Shown: positions 1 to 10,485 of the stretch, piece by piece
How positions within the stretch are numbered: the stretch's first letter is position 1
Layout: every line of letters begins with the position of its first letter
Assembly (NCBI GenBank): GCA_003649205.1
Contig: QMRC01000006.1
Location: 1-64,000 of the forward strand
From: Thermoprotei archaeon
GTDB taxonomy: Archaea > Thermoproteota > Thermoprotei > Thermoproteales > B15-G16
Length of the DNA: 64,000 bases
Direction of reading: 5' to 3'
Notes under the pieces: model-generated
What the model saw: only the letters and a program-made list of their open reading frames with translations
Told to the model about the DNA's origin: nothing
Database searches by the model: none
Translations under genes and position numbers: made by a program

Positions 1-38
1 AAGAGAGCTATTGAAGTTGGTGATGCAGTGCTCAAGCC

Positions 39-1328
39 ATGAAATGTATCCTAGCTTTCAGGTACTTCAGGGATAATGTAAACAGCATTGCATATCTCCT
101 AGCTGCAGTAGAGAAAAGTGAAGCAAGTAGGCACGTATCTACTGTGCTGATAAGTGATGTTAGCGAGGTACTCAGATTCGGCGATGCTGATGTCATTGTA
201 CTAGCGTACTCACTCATGACAACACAGGTGGTGAATTTACTAGAGGAGTTCACAAAGTTAAGAGAACTTAAGGATAGGTTAAGAGATAAGTTGCTACTTG
301 TTGCTGGTGGACCTCATGCAACAGGTGACCCAGTTGGCACCCTAGATCTGGGGTTTGACATTGTTGTTCATGGTGAGGGAGAGGAGACACTACCTGAGTT
401 ACTTAGCTGTATAGTACATGGCTTAGATATAGCAGAGGTTAGAGGCATCTGGTATAGAGATGGAAATCGAGCTGTATTCACAGGATATAGACCAAAGATA
501 GAGAACCTCGATGAGTACCCACCGTACTCGGAAACCCATGGACTTTACCCACCAATAGAAATCATGAGGGGTTGCCCTTGGGGGTGCAGGTACTGCCAAA
601 CACCTAGAATTCATGGGTTTATACCGAGGTACAGGAGTGTAGAGTACGTCGTTAAGTACTGTAGGTACTATAGATCTAAGGGATTTACTCACATCAGGTT
701 CATAGCACCCAACGGATTTGCATATGGTTCACCTGATGGTAGGAAGCCAAGGCCTGATAAGCTTGAACATCTCTTGAAGTCAGTTAGAGAAACAGGTATG
801 AAGGTCTTTCTAGGTACGTTCCCTAGTGAGGTGAGACCAGATTCAGTTACGCAGGAAGTACTTAATGTAGTTTCAAAGTATGTGTCTAATAGGAGGATTG
901 CGATTGGTGCCCAGAGTGGTAGTGATAGAGTACTGCAGCTAATTGGGAGAGGCCACACTGTTGATGACGTGTATAGAGCTGTTGATCTAGTAATCGAGTA
1001 TGGGTTTAAGCCATACGTTGATTTTCTCTTTGGATTTCCTGAGGAAACTGATGAAGATCTAGAGAAGTCAATGAATGTTATTAAGGAGCTAGTGAAGAGA
1101 GGAGTCAAGATTAGAGCACACTACTTACTACCACTACCCGGAACACCGTACTGGGGTTCAGTACCTAGAGAGTTACCTAATTGGTTCAAGCAGTTTTTAC
1201 TTAGATTGGAGAGGGGTGGTAAGTTAGATGGTTGTTGGAAGGAGCAAGAGGAGTTAGCGAGAAAAATTATTGAGTTGGAGAGGCGTAGTAGAGCAGTAGT
1301 GATGAGAGTACAGGGGTCTGAAAGGTGA
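39..1328 (+). CDS. B12-binding domain / radical SAM protein (TIGR04013-like)
   Basis: GGPHAT B12-binding motif; RGCPWGCRYC (CxxxCxxC). Confidence 0.85.
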   Translation: MKCILAFRYFRDNVNSIAYLLAAVEKSEASRHVSTVLISDVSEVLRFGDADVIVLAYSLMTTQVVNLLEEFTKLRELKDRLRDKLLLVAGGPHATGDPVGTLDLGFDIVVHGEGEETLPELLSCIVHGLDIAEVRGIWYRDGNRAVFTGYRPKIENLDEYPPYSETHGLYPPIEIMRGCPWGCRYCQTPRIHGFIPRYRSVEYVVKYCRYYRSKGFTHIRFIAPNGFAYGSPDGRKPRPDKLEHLLKSVRETGMKVFLGTFPSEVRPDSVTQEVLNVVSKYVSNRRIAIGAQSGSDRVLQLIGRGHTVDDVYRAVDLVIEYGFKPYVDFLFGFPEETDEDLEKSMNVIKELVKRGVKIRAHYLLPLPGTPYWGSVPRELPNWFKQFLLRLERGGKLDGCWKEQEELARKIIELERRSRAVVMRVQGSER

Positions 1329-1347
1329 GGAACCCCAGCTTTACTGA
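1299..1347 (+). ncRNA. Box C/D guide sRNA overlapping the 3' end of the radical SAM gene
   Basis: GTGATGA (C), 12-nt guide GAGTACAGGGGT, CTGA (D'), aag, GTGAGGA (C'), 12-nt guide ACCCCAGCTTTA, CTGA (D); canonical archaeal spacing. Confidence 0.85.
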
Positions 1348-1683
1348 TTACTCAACTAACTTAACACAAATCCAGTGATTCTGAATGAAGAAGTGAGTAT
1401 CTTCTCTCATATCCTTCCTACTTACTGAGAGACCAATTTCAGAGCTCACTTTACTCAGGATATCGTTTATGAAGTTGCTCACATTGTTGTAAGTACTACG
1501 CTCTTTAGTCTCTAAATACAGCATGAGAGGTTGCTTCTCACCTAGATCGATACTTATGGCCTTACACCTGAACTTATCCTGTACGATTTTACCCAATTCC
1601 TTGATGAATTCTCTAATGGCTCTATCTTGACGGGGAGTGGATCTCAGCTTTTCGATTAGCTGCTTAAGCTCCTCCGAATACAT
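1348..1683 (-). CDS. Hypothetical protein
   Basis: 111-aa ORF filling the gap between genes, protein-like composition. Confidence 0.6.
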   Translation of the reverse strand: MYSEELKQLIEKLRSTPRQDRAIREFIKELGKIVQDKFRCKAISIDLGEKQPLMLYLETKERSTYNNVSNFINDILSKVSSEIGLSVSRKDMREDTHFFIQNHWICVKLVE

Positions 1684-1797
1684 CGATAATACCTAGTGGG
1701 GAAACTAACAAAAGACTTTTACTCTAGGAATACTGCTCAGTTAACTAGTGAAAAGTAAAAGTAACTAGAGGACTCCCTTGATGTTATTGAAAACGAG

Positions 1798-2184
1798 TTG
1801 AGTTCTATGATACGTGAGTACTACGATGTAGAACTGCATGTGGAGAACATTGGTGTAATTGTAGCGAGATTATATCGCTTCCACTCACCACTAACACTAT
1901 CTAGATTAGTTAGCAAGTTACCCCTCTCCTCGATAATGTACAATGCGGGAAATAAGTTCCTATACATACTCTGTGACCTTGGAATTGGGAGAGAAGGAAG
2001 AATACCACATACAAAAGTTAAGGAAGGTCAACTAGCATATTGGCCACTTAGAAAGTACATAGTCATAGCTCTTCAAGAAATGACCCTCACACCTTCGTGT
2101 AATGTACTCGGTGAGATTATTGAGGGGAAAGAACTACTTAGAAATATACCGGGTAGCGTGAGAGTAACCGTAAGGTTAAGGTAG
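1798..2184 (+). CDS. Cyclophilin-like fold protein
   Basis: SPLT...LP, GQLAYWP, NVLGEI resemble archaeal cyclophilin-like family. Confidence 0.65.
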   Translation: MSSMIREYYDVELHVENIGVIVARLYRFHSPLTLSRLVSKLPLSSIMYNAGNKFLYILCDLGIGREGRIPHTKVKEGQLAYWPLRKYIVIALQEMTLTPSCNVLGEIIEGKELLRNIPGSVRVTVRLR

Positions 2185-2196
2185 TGGTGTAAAACC

Positions 2197-2568
2197 ATGA
2201 GCACAGGTAAGGATGAGAAAGTTGAGATACCACCAGTAGTCAAGATCAAGGTCAACTCACTCGAAGACCTAGCTAGATTTGCAGCAGCACTCGTAGGTCC
2301 TGGATACCTAGGACACAACGTCTACATCGTACACTACAAAGAAGGAGATAAACACATCTACGGAATCCTAACAATATACAGAGACTACTACAAGTACTAC
2401 GGAGTACCAATGTTCTACTACTACGAAACACAAGAACCAATAAATGCAAAGTACATACTAGTCAAGGTAGACGAACACGAAGTAGTAACATTTAGCGATG
2501 GCTCAAGACCTGGCTGGATCCACATACCAATAATATCACTAAGCGAAAGACCAAAATTCATAGAGTAA
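2197..2568 (+). CDS. Conserved crenarchaeal hypothetical protein
   Basis: 123-aa ORF in operon; SLEDLARF and DYYKYYGVP resemble cren-specific proteins. Confidence 0.6.
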   Translation: MSTGKDEKVEIPPVVKIKVNSLEDLARFAAALVGPGYLGHNVYIVHYKEGDKHIYGILTIYRDYYKYYGVPMFYYYETQEPINAKYILVKVDEHEVVTFSDGSRPGWIHIPIISLSERPKFIE

Positions 2569-2597
2569 TTTAAGTTAAGGTTAAGGACCGACCTAGG

Positions 2598-2611
2598 CAA
2601 AAACTTAAATA
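2598..2611 (+). promoter_or_regulatory. BRE/TATA promoter of alba
   Basis: CAAAAACTTAAATA upstream of alba; RBS AAGGAGG at 2644-2650. Confidence 0.55.
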
Positions 2612-2658
2612 AATCCCCAACCCACACCACGTGAAAGTAGTGTAAGGAGGCACCGAGT

Positions 2659-2958
2659 ATGGCTCAGCAAGCAAAACCAACTGAAGGAGTAATACTAGTA
2701 GGTCAGAAACCAACAATGAACTACGTACTAGCAACAGTAATACAGTTCAACCAAGGCTTCGATAGAGTTGTGATTAAGGCTAGAGGTAGAGCTATTTCGA
2801 AGGCAGTAGATACAGCAGAAATAGTTAGAACGAGATTCCTACCAGGTCAGGTAGAGATCAAAGACATTAAGATTGGGAGCGAAAAAGTAGGAGAACCAGG
2901 AAAGGAAAGAGTAGTCAGTACAATCGAGATAGTCCTAGAGAGAGTCAAGAAAGCATAG
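2659..2958 (+). CDS. albA: DNA/RNA-binding protein Alba
   Basis: [29 protein letters not shown]. Confidence 0.97.
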   Translation: MAQQAKPTEGVILVGQKPTMNYVLATVIQFNQGFDRVVIKARGRAISKAVDTAEIVRTRFLPGQVEIKDIKIGSEKVGEPGKERVVSTIEIVLERVKKA

Positions 2959-3051
2959 ATCCACGACGAACAGCGAGTTTAAAGTAAGTCAAGTCAGGTA
3001 TTTTTACTCCTTTTAACCACCCTCCTCACTCCATCATATTGGGGGAGTAGC

Positions 3052-3627
3052 ATGGTTGCTAAAGCCCTCGTCATTGGTGATTTCCACATACCAACAAGAG
3101 CAAAGTACATACCAACACCCATAAGGGAAGTCATTGAGAGGAATGGATTTGACTACGTACTATGTACTGGTGACTTTGTTGTTGAGGAAACGAGAGAGTA
3201 CGTTAGGAAAGCTGGTAGAAACTTCATAGCTGTTAGAGGTAATATGGACTACATTGAGGATTTACCAGCTAGAGCCGTAGTTGAGATAGAGGGGTTTAGA
3301 GTTGGTCTCACTCATGGATCAGAGGTGTATCCTAGAGGAGATGTGAGGAAGTTAGCGAGAATAGCTGAGGAGATGAATGTCGATATACTAATTCACGGAC
3401 ATACACACGTCCTCTCGATTCAGGAGGTAGCACTGAGTAATGGAAGGAAAGTACTGCTCGTTAATCCAGGTTCAGCAACTGGAGTCTACAGCGGAGGTGG
3501 AGGTAGCTTAATACCATCGTACGTAATTATGGAGTTTACACAAAGTGAAGTCCAAGTACATGGATACGAGCTACTTGGCGATAGAGTTACAGAGAGGAGG
3601 TACGTATTTAAGAGACTTGTAGGTTGA
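3052..3627 (+). CDS. YfcE/Vps29-family metallophosphoesterase
   Basis: GDFH, TGD, GNMD, THG, GHTH, NPGS. Confidence 0.92.
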   Translation: MVAKALVIGDFHIPTRAKYIPTPIREVIERNGFDYVLCTGDFVVEETREYVRKAGRNFIAVRGNMDYIEDLPARAVVEIEGFRVGLTHGSEVYPRGDVRKLARIAEEMNVDILIHGHTHVLSIQEVALSNGRKVLLVNPGSATGVYSGGGGSLIPSYVIMEFTQSEVQVHGYELLGDRVTERRYVFKRLVG

Positions 3628-3643
3628 GAAGTCAAGTGAGAAA

Positions 3644-3994
3644 ATGTATGGAAGAGTAACGTTCAAGGCAGTAGTTACCAGTAAGACCTTGGTAACGGAT
3701 ATCACCGGTACGAAGTACATAAGGATAGAGTTAGCAGAGGAACGTGAACTGCCCGGACCTATAATAGTTGCTGAAGATAAGGAGGCATCTAACCTAGTTA
3801 GGGAGATAGCACCAGTAGTTCGTCAAGTACTTAGAACACTACCAACACCCTTCGGTGCAGGTAAGGTAATGACACCTAGATTAACCATTTGGTTAACTGA
3901 AGATGAGTGGGAAGCGCTACCAGATAAGCCAGATATAGGTGATGAGGTTGAGGTTGTTGTTGAGGGTACGAGAATTACTGTGAGGAAAGCCTAG
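3644..3994 (+). CDS. Arcadin-1-like protein
   Basis: Strong resemblance to Pyrobaculum arcadin-1 (SKTLVTDITGTKYIRI, EERELPGP, PRLTIWLTEDE). Confidence 0.75.
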   Translation: MYGRVTFKAVVTSKTLVTDITGTKYIRIELAEERELPGPIIVAEDKEASNLVREIAPVVRQVLRTLPTPFGAGKVMTPRLTIWLTEDEWEALPDKPDIGDEVEVVVEGTRITVRKA

Positions 3995-4281
3995 GGATCA
4001 GAGAGTAGGTACTCCTTCTCTGCTTCTAGAAGCACCTTAACGGGAATATCCTGGTACCTCTTACCAACTCTCCTCCTAATGATAAATGGAACAACACCAC
4101 TCTTAACTTCGAGAGTAGCTATAGTTATTGGATCTGTTACTCCTGGAGGTACCTGAATTAGTACTGGAGCACCTAGAGCAATCTGTAGTGCTCTAGCACC
4201 AATTATCCTAGCTAGCTCGTATTTGGTTAACTTAGCTGGTCCAAGCTTAATCTTGGATACAAGTCCTCTGTTTAGTGGCAT
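3991..4281 (-). CDS. rpoK: RNA polymerase subunit K (Rpo6)
   Basis: LTKYELARIIGARALQIALGAP. Confidence 0.96.
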   Translation of the reverse strand: MPLNRGLVSKIKLGPAKLTKYELARIIGARALQIALGAPVLIQVPPGVTDPITIATLEVKSGVVPFIIRRRVGKRYQDIPVKVLLEAEKEYLLSDP

Positions 4282-4347
4282 AGCGGGTGAGGGGAGTTCA
4301 CTAAATAAAAACTTTATCTCTTTTAATTAGGAAATGGGGTTGGGAAT

Positions 4348-6003
4348 TTACTCGAATTCAGTCTTCTCCCTTTCCTCTTCCTTCTCCTCTTTCTTCCTCT
4401 CCTTTTCCTTTGGTGGTGCTGCAGCTATTACATCATCAATCCTCATCACCATTGTTGCTGCTTCAACAGCCGCCTTAAGCACTTGCTTCTTCACGATAGC
4501 TGGTTCTAACACCTTTAACTCGAACATGTTAGCTATCTTACCAGCCATGACATCTACTCCAGCCCACAGCTCGCCTTTTGCATGTCTCGCTCTTAGCTCT
4601 ACTAGTACATCAACTGGCTCCATACCTGCTGTTAGTGCTAGTACGCTTGGTATGTGTTCAAGTGCTTCAGCGAACTTCATGACTGCAAGCTGCTCCTTAC
4701 CTGGTAGTGACCTAGCAAATTCTCTCAACCTTAGAGCTAGCTCTACCTCAACTGCTCCGCCACCAGCAACAACAGCTGGTTCGCGAACGATGTCTCTAAT
4801 CACGTTGAGTGCGTCCTGTAGCGACCTCTCAGTTTCGTCTAGAATTCTATCAGAGCTACCCCTCACTAGTATGGTGACAGCTTTCGGATTCTTACAACCC
4901 TCGATGAACACCATTTTCTCCTCTCCAACTTTTCTCTCCTCAACTAACTCTGCATAACCTAGGTGCTCTGGTGCTAAGTCATGTATGCTCGTGATAATTC
5001 TTGCTCCTGTTGCTCTAGCTAGTTTCTCGATATCTGACCTCTTAACTCTCCTAACAGCTAGTATGCCTTTCTTTGCTAGGAAGTGCTGAGCTAGATCATC
5101 AATACCCTTCTGTGTAATGACTACATTTGCACCAACCTCAGCAATCTTATCAACCATTTGTTTCAGTATCTTAGCTTCCTCATCTAGGAATGCCTTCAGC
5201 TGGTCCGGGCTCGTTACCCTGATCTTAGCTGTCCATTCAGGCTTCTCTACTTCTAGTGGGCAATCTAGTAGAGCTATCTTAGCCTTCTCAACCCTCTTAG
5301 GCATCTGAGGATGAACAACCTCCTTATCTAGCACAATACCTCTAACTAGCTGTGTCTCCATTACTGACTTGCCGCGTTTCTTCTCGATCTTAATATTATC
5401 CAGGTCTAGGTATGGCTTACCACCTCTCTCCTCTAATGCGATAAGTGCTGCGTTCACAGCTAAGTTCGCTAGGAAGTCTCTATACTCAGCAACAATCTTC
5501 GTGTGCATTGCTGTTGATGCTACTTGTGTCAGTATTGCTTTATCCCTTGGATCCACCTTGACAGCTATTTCATCAATTACCTTCATTGCGAAGTCAAGTG
5601 CCTTCTTGTAACCATCGATTATTATTGTTGGGTGGACACCTTGGTCTAGGAGTTCCTGAGCGAACTCCAGTAGCTTACCAGCTAGGACTACTGATGATGT
5701 AGTACCATCACCAACCTCTGCATCTACTGCCTTAGCTACCTCAATCATTAGCTTTGCTGCTGGGTGCTGTACCTCCATCTCCTTCAGTATCGTAGCTCCA
5801 TCAGCGGTTATAGTAACGTCACCAAAAGCATCAATCAGCATCTTCTGCATTCCACGTGGACCTAGTGATGTCGATAAGATCTCTGCAACTACTCTACATG
5901 CTAGTATGTTGCTCCTTCTTGCCTCTTCACCATAGGTTCTCTGTGAACCTTCTTTCAGTATTAAGACAGGTATCGCTGTTCTAGATGGGGCTGACATACT
6001 CAA
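4348..6003 (-). CDS. Thermosome (group II chaperonin) subunit
   Basis: LGPRG, DGATIL, GDGTTS, GGGAVE. Confidence 0.97.
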   Translation of the reverse strand: MSMSAPSRTAIPVLILKEGSQRTYGEEARRSNILACRVVAEILSTSLGPRGMQKMLIDAFGDVTITADGATILKEMEVQHPAAKLMIEVAKAVDAEVGDGTTSSVVLAGKLLEFAQELLDQGVHPTIIIDGYKKALDFAMKVIDEIAVKVDPRDKAILTQVASTAMHTKIVAEYRDFLANLAVNAALIALEERGGKPYLDLDNIKIEKKRGKSVMETQLVRGIVLDKEVVHPQMPKRVEKAKIALLDCPLEVEKPEWTAKIRVTSPDQLKAFLDEEAKILKQMVDKIAEVGANVVITQKGIDDLAQHFLAKKGILAVRRVKRSDIEKLARATGARIITSIHDLAPEHLGYAELVEERKVGEEKMVFIEGCKNPKAVTILVRGSSDRILDETERSLQDALNVIRDIVREPAVVAGGGAVEVELALRLREFARSLPGKEQLAVMKFAEALEHIPSVLALTAGMEPVDVLVELRARHAKGELWAGVDVMAGKIANMFELKVLEPAIVKKQVLKAAVEAATMVMRIDDVIAAAPPKEKERKKEEKEEEREKTEFE

Positions 6004-6135
6004 CTCACCACGTCCGCTATGACCCTCTAGCGCTTCTATATAAACATTTCTACATACCTACTACCAGCGTAGCTAAAGTTCACTATGCACGGAGCATTGC
6101 TTATCTATAAATTACTTCCCTGTGTAGAGTTTTAG

Positions 6136-7431
6136 TTGGTAGGGAAGGTGCGTACTTCAGCTGCTGCTCGTAGTGAGGTACTTAGTAAGTTAGCGGTTAT
6201 AGTCATTGCTCTAGTTATCTTACCTACTCTAATGGCGTACAGCGCACCTCAACCGGTGAGTAAGTCTACTACGTACATCTTCCGGGATGTGATTGTTGTG
6301 GAGAATAGAGGGGGGAGAGTAGTATCGCTATCGGATATACAGTTGAATTACGTGAATGTACCTTCTGGGTTCTATGGTCAGAAGGTTAAGCTCATTAAGG
6401 TGTACGTCAATGGTAGTGAGGTAAAGTACTACTGGGGTAGGGATATTGATGGTAATCCTGTAGCATTTTTTGAGCGTGATCTCGAGTTGAGACCTGGTAC
6501 TACTGTTAACGTGACTGTGATTATGGAGATTGAGGTACCTGTAAACAAGAGTATACCAGAGGTTAACTATGATGGAGGGTTCGTGACAGAAATCCCAGAG
6601 GAGTACATGAACTACACAGTAGCGACTTCGCTCTGGAATTACAGTGACCCAATCTTTAGCAAGTACGTACTTGAAGTTAAGGAGAGAGGAGATGTCATGG
6701 AGATCATTACGTGCGTGCTCAAGTGGATTGAGAGTACGTTCTGCTACGAAACTCATATGCCACCTCTTAAACCAAGTGAAGTTGTTAAGAGAGGTGCAGG
6801 TGACTGTGATGAGTTAGCTAATGTCATGATAACAGTACTACGTAGTGCAGGAATACCAGCATTCCTCGAGGTAGGTGCTGTATACTTACCAAGTCCTAGA
6901 CCTATACGTGAGATCTTCGCTGAGGGTCACGTAGTGTTATATTTATGTAATGTGAGCTGGCATGCATGGGTTGTAGCGTATACACCAAGATGGGGATGGG
7001 TACCTATCGACCTTACGTACTTCCGTGGTAGTCATATCGAGAGTAGTGGCTCAGGTATACGCATTAGGTCTACTAACATCCTTGATCACATAAACGGTGC
7101 AGCTGTGAGGAGTAGTCACGTAATTGCCTTTACACGTGTGACAGTTACTGACTATATTGAGGAGTATCTGAAGCAAAGGAGATTTCTGATAGAGAACTCA
7201 ATCTATATAACCGAGTACCAGAGACTCACCATAAAGAAGGTAACTAGAGAACCACTACCTCAATACTACTACGTGTTAGCTATCTCTACTCTAGCCGTAT
7301 TAGCTACCTTCCTCTCTCTTAATCTGTGGAAGAGATCTCGCCCGCTCAAGAAGAATCTCACGAAAAGCTCTGTAAACAGCATCGTGAACTGCTCTGTAGA
7401 TCACATTGAGGAGGAGTGTACCCCTATCTAA
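6136..7431 (+). CDS. Membrane-anchored transglutaminase-like protein
   Basis: N-terminal signal/TM; GDCDE, HAWV, WVPID triad; C-terminal TM. Confidence 0.85.
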   Translation: MVGKVRTSAAARSEVLSKLAVIVIALVILPTLMAYSAPQPVSKSTTYIFRDVIVVENRGGRVVSLSDIQLNYVNVPSGFYGQKVKLIKVYVNGSEVKYYWGRDIDGNPVAFFERDLELRPGTTVNVTVIMEIEVPVNKSIPEVNYDGGFVTEIPEEYMNYTVATSLWNYSDPIFSKYVLEVKERGDVMEIITCVLKWIESTFCYETHMPPLKPSEVVKRGAGDCDELANVMITVLRSAGIPAFLEVGAVYLPSPRPIREIFAEGHVVLYLCNVSWHAWVVAYTPRWGWVPIDLTYFRGSHIESSGSGIRIRSTNILDHINGAAVRSSHVIAFTRVTVTDYIEEYLKQRRFLIENSIYITEYQRLTIKKVTREPLPQYYYVLAISTLAVLATFLSLNLWKRSRPLKKNLTKSSVNSIVNCSVDHIEEECTPI

Positions 7432-7587
7432 CTCAAGATCGGGATTTCTAGCTCTAAGCACTCTAATACAACTAGCAAGCTTATCCTCTAGAAAATCCCT
7501 AACAGCCCAGTAAACAGCTCTATACAGCTCCTCCTCACTAATCAGTTTCTTAAGCTCTTCACGTAATTCCTCGTACTTACCAGACAT
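7300..7587 (-). CDS. Hypothetical helical protein
   Basis: 95 aa, internal repeat YRAVYWAV/YRAVHDAV; overlaps the convergent gene by 132 bp. Confidence 0.55.
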   Translation of the reverse strand: MSGKYEELREELKKLISEEELYRAVYWAVRDFLEDKLASCIRVLRARNPDLELDRGTLLLNVIYRAVHDAVYRAFREILLERARSLPQIKREEGS

Positions 7588-7618
7588 ACGTTCATTATTT
7601 GCGTAGTCTCATGAGTAT

Positions 7619-9061
7619 TTAGCTTTTCCCCCATTTCATCAACTTAACTCTCTCACGAAATTCAGGTAGAGAGAACTTAAGGAGAACATATAGCAGTGAT
7701 ATAGTTAGGAGAAGGCAGAGAGGTACTAGAGGTAGTGCTTTGAGTATGGAAAGTGCAAGCCCTAGAGTTGAGTACGCTAGGGCTACTACCTCTAGGATGA
7801 ATTCAGTAGTTGTCACAGGGACATACCTACGACTACCTTTCGGTGTTACTTTGAACTCTAGTCTCCTCGATATCGAGTACTTGATGAGCGCTGTGAGGAG
7901 ATGAGGAGAGAGCGATATGTAGAGGAGAATTGCTCTAGCTACATCACGGATACTAGCTCCTCCATGTACTATCCTGGGTTTACTCCTCAAAGCATCTACA
8001 ATTTGTGGCGTACATACAGCAAAGAGAGTAAGAAGCGTAGTCGCCGTCAAGTTCATGGAGTTCACACCGAGGGTGAAAGCTAGTATAGCAAGGAGAGGAA
8101 ATAGCGATAACACCGTGAGAGGCAGGTATGCAATACCCTGAATGAGGAGAGCCAGCTTGGTCATTACGTTAATCCTAGCTCTGAGTAGGTCACGGATACG
8201 GTAGAGTGTAACCAGGAATCTACCTAAGAACCACCTCTCGTTCTGTATGACGAAGCTATGGTATGTATGGGGAACTTCACCCCAGCACAGTTTCTCACCG
8301 ACGTACACACCCTTCAAACCAGCTATGGCACCACGAACCATGAGATCGTAGTCTTCAGCAAGAGATCCCTCCCTCTCATTCCACCCACCGATAGCTCTAA
8401 GAACATCAGACCTAATAACTAGACCAAAACCAAAGAGAGGAACACCAAAACATGAGAGATAACGAGCAACACCAAACTTCAGATCTTCAAATGCCTCACA
8501 AGCTCGAGCAATGAGCGAGTTATCCCTAGCTCTTAACTTAGCTCCAACCTGAACGTAGTCATAGTTACCTAGCTCAAGAAATGGTATTGCCAACCTTAGG
8601 AAGTGAGGTAGAGGAGTAGTATCGACATCGAAGACCGCTACGTACTTACCACTAGCATGCTTTAGAGCTAAGTTTAGTGCTCCTGCCTTAAAACCATCCC
8701 TACTACTTCTCTTAAGAACTCTCAGCTTAAGGTATTTCGAGTAGTGATTAAACACCTTACTCAATCTAGCACTATGCTCAACCTCACTATCGTCAATAAA
8801 GACTACCTCTAGTCTATCCTTAGGCCAGTCAAGCTCCATTAATGACCTCAACATCTCCTCAACTAAATCCTCAGGCTCATTTCTAAGAGGTACCTGAATA
8901 GTAACTAACGGCTCATTACTACATAGTTCAGATATCTGTAATGATACAGCAGTAGACCTCTTCCTACCAATGTAGTACAGCACCTGATACAGCACTACAT
9001 GTACGATAATGACTAGGAGAAGGATTGACGATACTAGGTCTAGCAGTAGTGAGCAATTCAT
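7619..9061 (-). CDS. Processive GT2 glycosyltransferase (cellulose-synthase-like)
   Basis: DDS, KAGALN, DVD, ED, QNERW (QxxRW) plus multiple TMs. Confidence 0.88.
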   Translation of the reverse strand: MNCSLLLDLVSSILLLVIIVHVVLYQVLYYIGRKRSTAVSLQISELCSNEPLVTIQVPLRNEPEDLVEEMLRSLMELDWPKDRLEVVFIDDSEVEHSARLSKVFNHYSKYLKLRVLKRSSRDGFKAGALNLALKHASGKYVAVFDVDTTPLPHFLRLAIPFLELGNYDYVQVGAKLRARDNSLIARACEAFEDLKFGVARYLSCFGVPLFGFGLVIRSDVLRAIGGWNEREGSLAEDYDLMVRGAIAGLKGVYVGEKLCWGEVPHTYHSFVIQNERWFLGRFLVTLYRIRDLLRARINVMTKLALLIQGIAYLPLTVLSLFPLLAILAFTLGVNSMNLTATTLLTLFAVCTPQIVDALRSKPRIVHGGASIRDVARAILLYISLSPHLLTALIKYSISRRLEFKVTPKGSRRYVPVTTTEFILEVVALAYSTLGLALSILKALPLVPLCLLLTISLLYVLLKFSLPEFRERVKLMKWGKS

Positions 9062-9141
9062 TGGAAGATAGCCCCCAAGAACTAGACCTAATGGGCAAAA
9101 CTAACGGAATTACATATAAGAGTTTAAAAATGAATTAACAC

Positions 9142-9930
9142 GTGTCGCTACTACGCACCTTACTTAAAGTACTCGGTATCTACAAGCTATACGAGTACTG
9201 GTTGATGAAACAGATCAAAGGTAAACCACTACCACAGCACGTAGCTGTCATACTGGATGGAAATAGGAGATGGGCTAGAAAACGTGGACTACCACCTTGG
9301 CTTGGGCACGAGAAAGGTGCGCAAAAAGTTGAGGAATTCCTTAACTGGTGTCTCGAGCTGGGTATAAAGACCATAACGATATTCGCTTTCTCAACAGAGA
9401 ACTTTCAACGAGATATTAAGGAAGTTAATGAGTTATTCAAGATCTTTCACAAGTACCTAAGCAAAGCAATAAATGATGAGAGAATACACAGATACGGCGT
9501 ACATGTCAAGGCCATTGGTCGAGTACATCTACTACCTCCATACCTTCAGCAAGTAATTAAGGAGCTTGAGGAAAGAACCAAGAACTATAGCAACTACTAC
9601 CTCAACATAGCTATTGCATATGGTGGTAGAGCTGAGATAGTTGATGCTGTTAAGAAGATCTGTAGAGATGTGTTAGAGGGTAAGCTCGATGTTGATAGAA
9701 TTGATGAGGATGCCATAAAGAAGTACCTCTATACAGCACACTTACCTAATCCAGACCCTGACTTAGTGATTAGAACAAGTGGGGAGGAGCGAATAAGTAA
9801 CTTCCTACTATTCCAGATAGCATATAGTGAGTTAGTTTTTCTAGATGTTTATTGGCCAGAATTTAGAAAAATTGACTTCTTAAGAGCTATAAGGACTTAT
9901 CAGCAGAGACAGAGGAGGTTTGGTAGGTAG
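9142..9930 (+). CDS. uppS: cis-polyprenyl diphosphate synthase
   Basis: DGNRRWA, FSTENF, YGGR, RTSGEERISNFL, RRFG. Confidence 0.96.
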   Translation: MSLLRTLLKVLGIYKLYEYWLMKQIKGKPLPQHVAVILDGNRRWARKRGLPPWLGHEKGAQKVEEFLNWCLELGIKTITIFAFSTENFQRDIKEVNELFKIFHKYLSKAINDERIHRYGVHVKAIGRVHLLPPYLQQVIKELEERTKNYSNYYLNIAIAYGGRAEIVDAVKKICRDVLEGKLDVDRIDEDAIKKYLYTAHLPNPDPDLVIRTSGEERISNFLLFQIAYSELVFLDVYWPEFRKIDFLRAIRTYQQRQRRFGR

Positions 9931-10449
9931 CTACTCCTCAGCTGGTTTTGCCATTAGGTACGCATCTTCACCATCGTGGTAGTAACCCTTTATTACGTTT
10001 ATTATTTGGAAACCCAACTTCTTGTACAGTGATATTGCTGGTGTATTGCTTACTCTAACCTCAAGGTAGTATTCCTTTGCCCCATAGTACTCCTTCATGT
10101 GCTTCATAGCGTACATCATGAGATGCGTAGCTATACCCCTCCTCCTCACTTCAGGTCTAACAGCAAGCGATATTACGTGGCCTTTCCGGACGAGAGTAGC
10201 TTTCTTGAAGAAGGAGAAACCAAGCTCAACTCTACACATTATGTAACCCATTACCTCTCCACCAACTTCAGCAACGAGGAAAGCCTTGGGAAAACTTCTG
10301 TGATGTTCTATGAAGAAGTATGCTGGATAATTCTCTGGTAGACAGGTCCTGTTTATCCATATGACCCTCTCTAAATCCTCTAGTCTGAACTCTCTAATTG
10401 TGTAGGTAAAGCCATCAGGTCTCGTTATGTCCACTTTAAACATGCTCAC
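9931..10449 (-). CDS. N-terminal acetyltransferase (Ard1/RimI family)
   Basis: CLPENY, GHVISLAV, RRRGIA, LEVRVSN, YYHDGEDA. Confidence 0.92.
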   Translation of the reverse strand: MSMFKVDITRPDGFTYTIREFRLEDLERVIWINRTCLPENYPAYFFIEHHRSFPKAFLVAEVGGEVMGYIMCRVELGFSFFKKATLVRKGHVISLAVRPEVRRRGIATHLMMYAMKHMKEYYGAKEYYLEVRVSNTPAISLYKKLGFQIINVIKGYYHDGEDAYLMAKPAEE

Positions 10450-10485
10450 GTTAAGCCACCTGATAGTTAACAGGTGAGGACTTAC

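Noticed and set aside
4334-4957. 207-aa Ser-rich ORF, and similar antisense ORFs across the window
   Set aside because: Antisense shadows of well-identified genes (thermosome, hypF, hypE, moeA, iorA and others).
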